Shown here in pieces: positions 38,938 through 50,700 of a stretch of DNA of 64,000 nt. Under the pieces are notes generated by a model that did not search any database, was not told where the DNA came from, and saw nothing but the letters and a program-made list of their open reading frames with translations. Both the position numbers and the translations under genes were made by a program. Origin of the DNA: Octopus vulgaris (lineage: Eukaryota); the NCBI GenBank assembly GCA_951406725.2, contig OX597815.1, positions 213,838,001 to 213,902,000 of the forward strand. The letters run 5' to 3'. Within the stretch, counting starts at the first letter, position 1. Each line of letters opens with the position of its first letter.

Positions 38938-39212
38938 GGGCATATGGCGTAGTGGTTAAGAGCGCGGGCTACTAACCCCAAGATTTCGAGTTCGATTCCA
39001 AGCAGTGACCTGAACAATAACAATAATAATAATGATAATAATAACATCGAAAAATACCTTAGGAATGAGATCCCAGTTTCGAAATTTCCCCAAGACACCT
39101 GAAGAAGGCTGGAGGGTATATCAGCCGAAACAAACAAGATGAGGACAAATATCCGTCGAATGTAAATAATGTAAATAATGTAGATAATTTCTCATCTCTT
39201 AAATATAGAACA
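38938..39212 (+). mobile_element. tRNA-headed SINE containing a partial hammerhead core
   Basis: A box TGGCGTAGTGG 38945-38955, B box GAGTTCGATTCC 38988-38999, (AAT)n linker, CTGAAGA-A-GGCTG..CAGCC-GAAAC 39099-39131, (TGTAAATAA)n near the end. Confidence 0.75.
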
Positions 39213-39599
39213 GTAATTTTCTGTAAATAATTATAGTATTTTATAAGCTTAAAGCTTATAGCAATCACCGCGCAATGGCTAAAGAAAACAGTCTAAAAAT
39301 GGGCATATATATATATATATTTTTTTTTCGACAGAAAAAATAGGCTTTCCCGTACGCGTGGGACTCGAACTCACACTTCTCTGTTTACGCGACCATATAT
39401 ATATATACACATATAAATTAATGTAGACCTGTAACACATATACATACAGCACACACACACACACGTGCGCGCATATATTTCAACACTGAAGCTAAGAGAG
39501 TTATGTATCTTTCAGCAATTACTCAGAGTTTTAATCATCATTTCTTCTCGTCTAAACGAGAATTTGAACATGGAAATATTTCAATCTTTCAAGAGAAAA

Positions 39600-39950
39600 A
39601 GATGTGGCTGGTAAAGAAGGTCGCTTTGAAACCATGTGGTTTCAGATCCAATCCCACAGTGCGGCACTTTGAGCGTGTGTCTTCTACTATAGACCCAGGC
39701 CGACCAATGCCTTGTGAGAAAACCCAGTTAGACGGAAACCGTGCGGAAGCCCGTCGTGTAACACACACACACGCACACACACACACATTTTATTTTTCGA
39801 CCCCGTAGCGTAGCGGTTCGGCAAATAGAGCCGATAGAATAAGAACCAGGTTTTAAAATTGAATTCGATTTGCACGACTAAGGCCCTTCCATCTGGTGCT
39901 CCAACTTGGTCGCAGTTCAATGAATGAAACAAGTAAATGATAAAAGAAAT
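39600..39950 (+). mobile_element. Diverged SINE A
   Basis: Family motifs. Confidence 0.75.
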
Positions 39951-40055
39951 CTGTCCTCAGCTGAAATATTTAAGAAAAGTTAGGGGATTTAAGGCAATTT
40001 GATACATAAATGATATATAAAGAGGCGGGTTACATATAGAAACATAGACCGACAC

Positions 40056-40158
<103 letters not shown>

Positions 40159-40252
40159 CAGATAGATAGATAGATAGATAGATAGACAAACGGACAGGCA
40201 GATAGATAGACGGATAGACAGAGATAGACAGAGAGATAAACAGATAGGCAAA

Positions 40253-40288
<36 letters not shown>

Positions 40289-40305
40289 TGGATAGACACA
40301 CAGAC

Positions 40306-40348
<43 letters not shown>

Positions 40349-40352
<4 letters not shown>

Positions 40353-40393
40353 TCTTTATTAGCCACACAGGGCTGCACACAGATAGAACAAAA
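40349..40393 (-). mobile_element. Extreme 3' end of the same Tx1-like LINE, in a GATA/TA array
   Basis: Reverse complement of TTTGTTCTATCTGTGTGCAGCCCTGTGTGGCTAATAAAGAAACA (~27035-27078). Confidence 0.9.
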
Positions 40394-40402
40394 TATATAT
40401 AT

Positions 40403-40474
<72 letters not shown>

Positions 40475-41086
40475 TGATTGATAAATACATAGATAGTGAA
40501 TGGAAAGAGAAGCAAAAATAAAAGATAGGCGGATAGATAAAAAGAAAAGCTGCAGGAAAGGAAGAAAAAGGTAAAAGGAAGGAAGGAAGGAAGGGAAGAA
40601 GGGAGTATAGAAAGGAGGCAGGAAAACCCTCCATCTGTTATGTGTCTTCAACGGTGCACTTTTATAGCTCTACGAACAGTAATAATAGTAACTTGATTAG
40701 AAAATATGTCTGGTGCAATGAGCGGCTGCTTGGAGATTGAACGCGAGCACACGCACACGTTGAAGGCTCAAATATACACACATATACACTCGCATACACA
40801 CGCATACACATTGACGCACACGCGCACACATTCATGAACGCACTTGCACACACACACACACACGCGCACACCATACATGCGCACACCATACATGCGCACA
40901 CCATACATGCGCACAGACGCTCTCACGTACAAACGCAAACACACAAATACACGCTAACGCCCACACACATTCACAGACTTGTTCACATTTCCACAATCGG
41001 ACGCTTGTAAATAAGAGCACGAGGCAAAACACACACACACACACACACACTCACACACGGAGGTGTGTATGTATACATATATTCAT

Positions 41087-41140
<54 letters not shown>

Positions 41141-41304
41141 GTATGTATATATATATATACATATATATATACATATATGTATATTTTATATGTATGTTTG
41201 TGTTTATACACACACATATATATCGCATATAATCTTATGCATGTGCGCGTGTGTTTGTGTGTGGAAGTGTGGCTGTGTTTTCCCGTGCGTTACATCTACA
41301 TGTG

Positions 41305-41336
<32 letters not shown>

Positions 41337-41374
41337 CGTGTGTACTAATTACTATTCCAACACGCTCACAGACA

Positions 41375-41408
<34 letters not shown>

Positions 41409-41617
41409 TGCACATACACATCCACACACACACTTCCGCACACACTCGCACAAGTATTTCAGATAGAATCTGTAGAATCAGCATTAACGCGAGGATCGGG
41501 TTTAAGCAGAAGCATCTGTGTGGAAAGTTGAGACCTTTTTGCTCAAATTAGTATTTCATGTGTAAGAAACGTTGTTCGGATACACACACACACATGGATG
41601 TATGTGTGTATAAGCAA

Positions 41618-41650
<33 letters not shown>

Positions 41651-42282
41651 TAGCTTAGTTGAGTTTTTTTCTCTTACAGATTCAAGGAAACACCTGTCTG
41701 TCAAGCTAGAATGTATTTCTTTCTGTCTTATGATGATTCCATTGATAAGGTACCGGTATGTTATTATTATTATTATTATTATTATCATTCTTTTGTTTGC
41801 TTGTTGTTGAATAATTGTCTCTTTTTTGTTGATTCACTGACTCCTTTGCGCTGAAGTTAAGTCCAGTAGATTTCTTCTTCGTTCCACTCTTACTGACTCG
41901 TCACTATAACGAACAGGAATAAAAGTACAGAACCGGCACACAACGGACGAACTGACCCAATGTAATTTTGCTAATAGCTTATTGGATATATATGGATATA
42001 TATATATATATATATACCAACTATTCTGGCTATATGTCTGTGCATATATGAATGCACTTTATGCCAGAAGGTTTGTAAATCTAACGGAGGCCTTAAAAGA
42101 CATTTTAAGACCCACACAAATCAGAACTTAACTGCAGCTCTTGGTGGTCCAAATCGGATGTGCAATCTTTGTGGGTGTCTTTTCAGAACATTGTCTCGTT
42201 TAAAAAGCCACATCAGATGCCATGATGGTTCTAAGGTGTAGGTACAGGAGGCAGGCAAACTCTGCACAAGGAGTAGACGGCT

Positions 42283-42328
<46 letters not shown>

Positions 42329-42329
<1 letters not shown>

Positions 42330-42560
42330 TTTATTTAAGCAGCAGAAAATTCAACAAAATCTGTTACTCTGAGTTTCTCGTTGCCGTTCATCAGACAGTT
42401 TTTGCTAGATTCTAGCAAAAACTGTCTGATGAACGGCAACGAGAAACTCAGAGTAACAGATTTTGTTGAATTTTCTGCTGCTTAAATAAAGCATATTACT
42501 CTACCACTGGTATTTGAGTACTCTTTTTTCCACCTTGTTTCACATTTATGTGTTTACTCC

Positions 42561-42563
<3 letters not shown>
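42329..42563 (+). mobile_element. Penelope-like terminal repeat with an inverted copy (81-bp perfect palindrome) and hammerhead ribozyme
   Basis: Arms 42329-42409 / 42411-42491; AAAAACTGT-CTGATGA-ACGGCAACGA-GAAA-CTCAGAG-TA-ACAGATTTT at 42417-42464; AATAAA downstream; (TA)n on both sides. Confidence 0.85.
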
Positions 42564-42598
<35 letters not shown>

Positions 42599-42661
42599 TA
42601 TATATATATACACACATGTATGTATGTATGTATGTATGTATGAGTGTGTGTGTATTTTTAC

Positions 42662-43065
42662 AGGCGTTGCTGTGTAGTAAGTCGCTTGCTTCCCGACCAC
42701 ATGGTTCCATGTTCAATTGTTCTATCGCGTGGCACCTTGGGTAAATGTCTTCTACTCTAGCCTTGGACCGACCAAACCCTTTTGAATGGATTTGGTAGAC
42801 GGAACCTAAAAGAAGCTCATTGTATATATCTCTGTGTGTGTATGTATCTTTGTTTGCGTTTGTGACACCATCATCGCTTGACAACCGGTGTTGGCGTGTT
42901 TATGTCTCCGTAACTTAGCGGTTTGAGAAAAGAGACCGATAGATAAGTACTTGGCTTTAAAAATTAAGTCCTGAGGTTGATTTGTTTGACTAAAACCCTT
43001 CAAAGCTGTGCTCCAGCATGGCCGCAGTCAAATTACTGAAACAAGTAAAAGAAGTAAAATATATA

Positions 43066-43096
<31 letters not shown>

Positions 43097-43410
43097 TTAG
43101 TGAAGGCGCATGGCTCAGTGGTTAGAGCGTCAATTTTATAATCGTGAGGTTGTGAGTTCGGGCTCTTGAGCAAAACACTTTATTTTACGATGCTCCAGTT
43201 CACTCAGCTGTAGAATTGAGTTGCGACATCTCTGGCACCGAGTTGTGCCCGCCTCTTCCTTCCCCTTCGACAGCATCGGTGGCACGCTGAGGGGAGACTA
43301 GTATGCATAGGCGATTGCTTGTCTTCAACAAAATACCTTAACCGAACTTGTGTCTCGGAGGGGAAATTTCTTGTTGCAATTCTATGGCCCTTCGTGAACG
43401 AAGGGGTCTT
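42662..43410 (+). mobile_element. SINE A (42662-43058) and SINE D (43103-43410)
   Basis: Family motifs. Confidence 0.8.
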
Positions 43411-43529
43411 TTTTACTTAATATGTTTACTTCTTTGCTTGTAATATAAAGGCCGAAACATGTCCGGAATTGTCCCTGCACTGCCAAATTGATATTTATTA
43501 CTTCCTTCATTGCATTTTATATTTAACTA

Positions 43530-44027
43530 CCGTAAATCCTCGAATATAATCCGCATTTTTTTCCCAAGTGCGTACTATATACGAGGTTAAAATGAAAAAT
43601 ATTTTCTAAGCAATGTCCGGGTCTATATTTGCTGTCCGGCAATATTTATTCCGACGCATTTTGTGATGTCGGGCGCGAAAATACCTTAAGCTAAGCCTGA
43701 AAGCAATGAAGTCACAAAAGAATCATCCATAACTTGCAGTGAGCAAGATTTATTAAAATAAAAATATTGAGAACACAGAATAACATGTAACAAAAACAAT
43801 TTGCAAACATATTTACATTCCCATATAACAGTTAAGAACATCACCATTATTGCATTACGCATGCACGGCAGTGTTTGTTCGACTAGGTGCTGCTGGCTTA
43901 ATTACGCACGACTCAAGTTAGAGAAGGGGTGCGTATTATACACAAGGTTTAGGTTTTTCAGAGTACAGCCCCCTAAAAATCCCCAGCGTATTATACTCAA
44001 GGGCGGACTATACTCGAGGATTTACGG
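43530..44027. mobile_element. Tc2/pogo-type MITE
   Basis: TA-CCGTAAATCCTCGAATATAATCCGC ... GCGGACTATACTCGAGGATTTACGG-TA. Confidence 0.9.
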
Positions 44028-45029
44028 TAATTCTCACCTATCTTTCTTGACCAGAATCAGACATAAACGAAATACAGTTTCTTTCTTTCCATTTTCCGAG
44101 TAATTTTGATGAATTAATACTTCTTGATTTGGTGAAGGCACATGACTTCGTGGTTAGGGTGTTGATATCCGAAACGAGCGGTGCGTTGTGTTTTTTTTTT
44201 TTAGCAAAACGCTCAATTTCATTCGGCTGTAAATGGGTAACCCTGCGACGGAGTACCCATTCGATCAGGAGGGGAGATGTTGTCCTAGACAGTAGGGTGG
44301 CATCTTTTCAAAAGCTAAGACGATGCAAAGTACATTGTCATCGGTGACGTATCGCTACATCCGGTAGTCTCGTCGATCATGTGACTACATAGGGGAGAAT
44401 TGCTTTCTTGATATTTGTTTCGTCCTATGTTTTCAGTTCAAATTCAGTTAAGGTCAATTTGCAAATCGAGTTTCATCCTCCCGGGTCGATAAATAAAGTA
44501 CCAATGTAGGGCAGTAGACTTGCGGAAACGTTAGAGCATTTAATGGAAATTCTTTTGGTATTTGATTTGGCTCTTTGCGTTCTGAGTTGAAATCGCGCGT
44601 GAGTGACTTGAGTGGTACATTTCAGAATCCGTCATCTGACTTAACACAACCACCTCTTCTCTTAGTGCCATTAGCAGACTCCACTCTTTTGCAGGCATTC
44701 GGGCTGGGTCTTCGGTTGTAGTACATTACGACAAAAGGCTCGGACTAGGACTGAGTTATAGGGTTCACCGCCTGTCTCTATCAATGAGTGACCAGTCGTC
44801 TGGTTGTAAATAGGTACTTAGTTTTTGGTACTAATCAACATTATAAGTAATAAAATCGTACAGGCTTAAACATGCTAATAAGAACATCGGCCATCATATT
44901 CTTGCTTGAAAATATAGATAATCATTTTACAAACATCGGAACTTCCCTGCTGAAACGTTTTGTTGTTTCTATTTTTAATTTTTTTTTTGTCGTTTTACTG
45001 CGTAAGACTAAACAATAACTTTATTACTT

Positions 45030-45595
45030 ATTCAATTGATCCCATTTGCCGAACCGCTAAGTTACGGGGACGTAAACAAACCAACACCGGAGTCAAACAC
45101 CCAGACATGCACACACTCACGCACGCACTCACGCACGCACTCACGCACGCACGCACGTACGCACGCACGCACGTACGCACGCACGCACGCACGCACGCAC
45201 ACATACGACAGGCGCTTTTCAGTTTCTTATTTCTTTATTGCCCACAAGGCAATATTGCTAAACACAGAGGAGACAAACAAGGACAGACAAAGGTATTAAG
45301 TCGATTACATCGGCCCCAGTGCGTAACTGGTACTTAGTTTATCGACCCCGAAAGGATGAAAGGCAAAGTCGACCTCGGCGGAATTTGAACTCAGAACGTA
45401 GTGGCAGACAAAATACGGCTACGCATTTCGCCCGGCATGCTAAAGTTTCTGCCAGCCCCTCGCCGCCTTCAGTTTCTGTAAACTAAATCCTTACAAGGTT
45501 TTGGTCGGCAAGGGGCTATAGTATGAGACACTTACCCAAGTGGGACTGAACCCAGAATCATGTGACTGGGGAGCAAACTTCTAACCACAAAGCAT
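45030..45595 (-). mobile_element. SINE A interrupted by a SINE B monomer (45228-45467)
   Basis: 10-bp TSD TTCAGTTTCT at 45218-45227 and 45468-45477. Confidence 0.85.
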
Positions 45596-46118
45596 AGAAT
45601 CAGACTGAGATAGACCTCCACCCTACAAAAAAGAAAAACCCAAAAAGCAAAACAATAAACTACATTTAGTTTTTGATTCATGATCCCTTGCAGACACTAG
45701 GCTTCCTTTTATGGTTTGCTTACTTCATCATAAAACTTTAAGATTAATAACATCTAGTTTGGATAAACTTGTATATCTTAAAGATAGCTTCAATGTTTAG
45801 ACGGAAACAATTTCTAAGCATCCGAGTCCGTAGACTTAACAAAATTTATGCTACCACATTCCTTCATATGAATATACTGTGAAGTAACTATGTCTAGAGT
45901 GTATAGTTTCTTGTCTAACTATGCATAAGTAACTTGAGAAGAACATTTTCTCTTTTTTATCCAAGGTCGTCAGTAGCGGTCTTGCTCAGTTTAGAAATTG
46001 CAACCGTTCACTGGTACCAGTTTACACAACTTCATACCAAGTACCAAAGCCAATTAGAGATAATTTAGGAAAAGTAAATGAGTTATTTATACATACGGAA
46101 GTTGCCACTGCATTTGAG

Positions 46119-46172
<54 letters not shown>

Positions 46173-46248
46173 ATGTAAATATATATGTATGTATAAATGT
46201 ATGTGTGTGTATGTATATGTGCTTATACATTTATGTATATCTGTTTGT

Positions 46249-46301
<53 letters not shown>

Positions 46302-46779
46302 CACACACAGACACATCCAATACACGTGCGTGCCTGCCTATGGAACCATAATTCCAAACTTGGAAATGGTCCCACATTACCACTGAAACCCCGAACTTTT
46401 CTTCACATCACTTTCTTGTTGATTTCGTTTTTCTTTGCAAGTGTTTGACTATATTCGTTCGTCGCTGCTTAACTCATACTGCACTGCCCCACCCCACCTT
46501 TCGACCCACACACCCCACCCCACCACCACTCTCTCAAAGTAAAACATACGGTAGATCCCTTTTTGTACCATCCACCGTTCTCCGACCCCCTCCTTTACAA
46601 CCAGCATCGTACTCTCCATTTCTCTCCTCCATAGGAATCATCTTGTTATGCACTTCGCTTTCTTCCTCTTAACCTATTCACTTCTTTTTCACTTCTACCA
46701 GTCAATACACTTCTTTACCGTACATTCGAAGTAACTTAGTCTGAAGCTTTAGACATTTTCACTCCTCGCTGCGACAAAA

Positions 46780-48950
46780 CTTACTAAATACCAAAGTTTA
46801 CAAAACCCTTTTAACTTAGTGTATCTCATCCATGTTTCTAACGTATTAAAATAAAATTTGGCCTCACATTCAAAAACACAAATGAAAAAACAAACAACAA
46901 TAAAACCCCTGTATCTTTCCGAATATTGTGTATTAAAATGATGCACCCGTCGCTTCTAGGATTTAGTATAACAAGGCCTCTATTACATTTAAGGTGTCGC
47001 TCGGCGATTGAAATATGAAAAGTAAATTGATCATTATAAAATAATGTTAACCTTCCCGCAAATAAATGGGTTAACCGATTATCCTTTAAGTCTTCACCTA
47101 AGATCAAAAATCCAAACAATTAAGGGAATAACTCATCTCTGAGCAACCGTCGATAGGTCGGGGTTTCTCCTTGTTTATATAATTTATATTTAAAAGACTT
47201 TAAAAACTCTGGAGAACCTTTTTGTTGCAGATACATCATAAACGCTGATGGAAAGAGGCCCCAGGGATATTTATATTGACTTTTTTCTGTACTTCATTCA
47301 TTCTTTTCTGTTATTACGTAATCGAATATCAATTATATCCATGTATTAATCTTATGTCAAAAGATACTTTTACTTCTGCACTAATCTTTTTTTAGAACAG
47401 CCCAACTATTGCGATTTTGACCTAAATGTGTCTCATTCTGTTTGAATGTAAAAATTTTAATAAAAATGAATAGTTCGGAATTATTCATCCGTTAGTGTAG
47501 TTTTTAAAATAGCCATATAAAAAAATTCAACACACCCTTTCTCTCATGGGGCTTTAATCCAACATTATTTTTGACTTAGTTTAGATTATTCTTGTATAGA
47601 ATTTATTAATTTTTAAAGTATTTTATATATTTCTCATAAGTAAATTTGGGTAAATGTAAAAAAAAAAAAGATATCTGCTTTTGTATTATGTATATAGATA
47701 CAACCTGCTTATACCTCTGTTTCTGTGAATAGTGCATGTTTTAGCATTCATGGGGTAGATTTCTTCTGCATTTAGGATAATGACTTGTCTATAGAATAGA
47801 CAATTATTCTAAATGCTAACTTCAGTACTATATCTACAATTGCATTGCATGATATTACCTAATCGTAAGCTTCAATCGCCATGCTTTTTAAGCCTAGTTT
47901 CTTATTCTTTGTACACGGTACCTTCACTTATTACATTTTCGTAATTAGTCAAATATTTGTAGCCCTTGTTGTATGAAACAGATACGATAAAAATACCATT
48001 ACTATGAAGAATTTTAATTTGGGAAGTATATTTTTTTACCCGTCCAACAAACAAATATGAACGGTCAAATTCCACCTCAATATCAGATGAAAATGTTAAA
48101 TCCCTTTGCTTTACAACATTTCTACAACAGCTATTTTGATCGTCTACAAGGAAATTATGGTTTACTATTGTGTCTTTTGTTGCTGTAGATTCTAGTTTAT
48201 AATCACTGGAATTTTGTCAGATAAATTCCAGAGAATTTTGTGCAAAATAAATAGAAGCGCAAGCTAACTGTCTTTTTGGAATATTCGCTTCGAAAGGTTT
48301 ATAACTTCGGCAACAATTGTTCTGCTTCGAGTTGCGAGTTTGCATGGAAGCAACTAAAGCAGAAGAGGCGGGAGTTATTTCAGCAAAAGGACTAAATGCC
48401 TTTTTGTAATCAATCCATATGGTTGCAAGGTCTCTCTCTCTCCTTTTCTTTTTTATTCCATGCTTTATTAATCGTAAATTGATGTTAATGGTCTTGCAGG
48501 AATTAATTGAAAGTTTATATATAATAAATGGATTTAAATTTTATACATAATGTTTGGGAAAGTAAGAGGCTTGTAGTTTTCTGCCAAGTCTGTGTTTTCA
48601 TTCTTGGCAACAAGATTTGTGCGTGCTATGACACGCCAATTTTACATGTCAGTATGACCTTCCATAGTTCTTTTAAATATGCATGTTAATGGCATTAAGT
48701 AGAATGTCAACATCATGTACTGTAAGATCACAGTTTAAGTGAAGCTTTCCCACACCTTTAGGGAAATTTTCAAAATTGATTGCGTAAGGTTTACTTGTAA
48801 TTCAAACAATATTCCTTCTTGACACGAAAAAAGTGCCTAAGTACGGAAAAAATCTTGTAACCAAGAATAAACAGACTGGTTTGGCAGAAAACTAGCATCA
48901 ATATTGCTACTGTAAATGCATTGCGGGATATCGTCTTTTTGTAAACTTCG
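46780..48950 (-). pseudogene. Heavily decayed R4/Dong/NeSL-type reverse transcriptase ORF
   Basis: Minus frames: ARTNLVAKNENTDLAENYKPLTFPNIMYKI, DLATIWIDYKKAF, KRIFQKDS, QYKYP, in RT order; boundaries approximate. Confidence 0.65.
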
Positions 48951-49708
48951 GCTGCCATATTTTTTTAAACTCTCGTATAATAAACCTTCAGTCACATAAT
49001 GTTTGTGCACAGCATCTTTGTATTGGCACATTTTCGCTACGGATTCGAAGAACTCGTTGAAAGAAAAGTCTGCACATAGAAAGACCATTAGTATAAAGGT
49101 TTCTTTTCCTTTCTTTTTTTTTGTTGAGAAATATGTATGTATATATGCATGCATTTACACACACACATAGACACAAACACACACATACACACATGATGTA
49201 ATACAAATGTTTTAAAGAATATTAAAATGTATTTTACATGGTCACAACATTATCTCATGAAGAACTCAATACGCTGAATAGAGTGAACAGAGGGTGAAAC
49301 TAGTGTAAGCTATCGACTCTTGATATAATGAACATATAAGTGTATGTGTGTTTATGTGTTTATGTAATCTATCTATCTATCCTTCTATCTATCTATCTAT
49401 CCTTCTATCTATCTATCTATCTATCTATCTGTCTGTCTTTTTATCCATCTATCTACACACACCCACTAAAATACATACATGCATACATGCATATATATAA
49501 ATATATATATATGTATGTATGTATATATGTATGTATGTATGTATGTATATGTATGTATGCACATATATGTATGCATGTATGTACACCTAGGATTAGATAT
49601 AAGTCAGTTTGTGAGAGTATGTGTTTGGATGTGTGTGCATATACACGTACATATATACATATACATATATACATACATACATATACACACACACACACAC
49701 ATATATAT

Positions 49709-49745
<37 letters not shown>

Positions 49746-50305
49746 CGTATATATGCACACACACACACATTCACATACACAGACAAACTGACTTATATCT
49801 AGTCCTGGGTATGACTGGGTTTCGAGAAATGTTGGTCCACGCCTTACCCGTTATTTATCACAAATCTACCCCGATTCGGAGTAGAAGCACGTTTCATGCT
49901 CTCAGCTATGTGTTAAGAAGTAGCTATGGAGGAAACACCAAGCCCAAACCATCCCTTTTTTGTGAGTGCCTTGGGAAAGCAAAAGGCTACGCAGTCAGCT
50001 TCGAAAGCAAATCATGGAGGTTCTGTACCCTCTTAGAGACCCTTCCTCCAACTCCGGGTAGGTGGAGTTTTTCAGTCCTGCAACACAATTCACCTTCGAG
50101 AAGGCCTCTCTAATGTAAAACCTACATCTTGCTTGTCACCGCTGACTGCCCCACATTTTGAAATACTGGGTACAGGCAGGAAGAAAATCCCTGCAGCATC
50201 AAGAATTGGTTTAAATAGCCATATGAGGGCTTTCAGTCTTCCTTGGTGCCTGCAGACATGAAGAAACTGCCATCATACATGCACACACGTGCACGCGCAC
50301 ACACG

Positions 50306-50383
<78 letters not shown>

Positions 50384-50481
50384 CACACACACACACACAC
50401 ACGTATATACATATGTGTGAATTATTTCTGTTAACGATTAACTGGGGGCAAAACATACGGGGAGGAGAATTCTAAAACTTG

Positions 50482-50700
50482 CGAGGGGTTGCTAAAAAGT
50501 TCCTGGCTTTAAGGATATCGCGAAAGACTTGGTCCAAGGTGCAACCTTCCGAGTCCATTTTACGGGGTTTAGAAAAACCGAAAGACCACTGCGATAAGTG
50601 TGTGAATCTGGGAGGGGAATATGCTGAATAAAACCATAATTAACTGATCTTCTTGTATTTTCTTTTACTCAAAGCCAGGAACTTCTCAGCCCTCCCTTCG
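50482..50700 (+). mobile_element. Mariner-derived MITE
   Basis: TIRs CGAGGGGTTGCTAAAAAGTTCCTGGCTTT / AAAGCCAGGAACTTCTCAGCCCTCCCTTCG-TA; internal KCVNLGGEYAE transposase end. Confidence 0.8.

Noticed and set aside
38938-39012. Functional tRNA genes (also 1900-1971 and 8170-8240)
   Set aside because: A/B boxes are present but acceptor stems do not close and they continue into SINE bodies.
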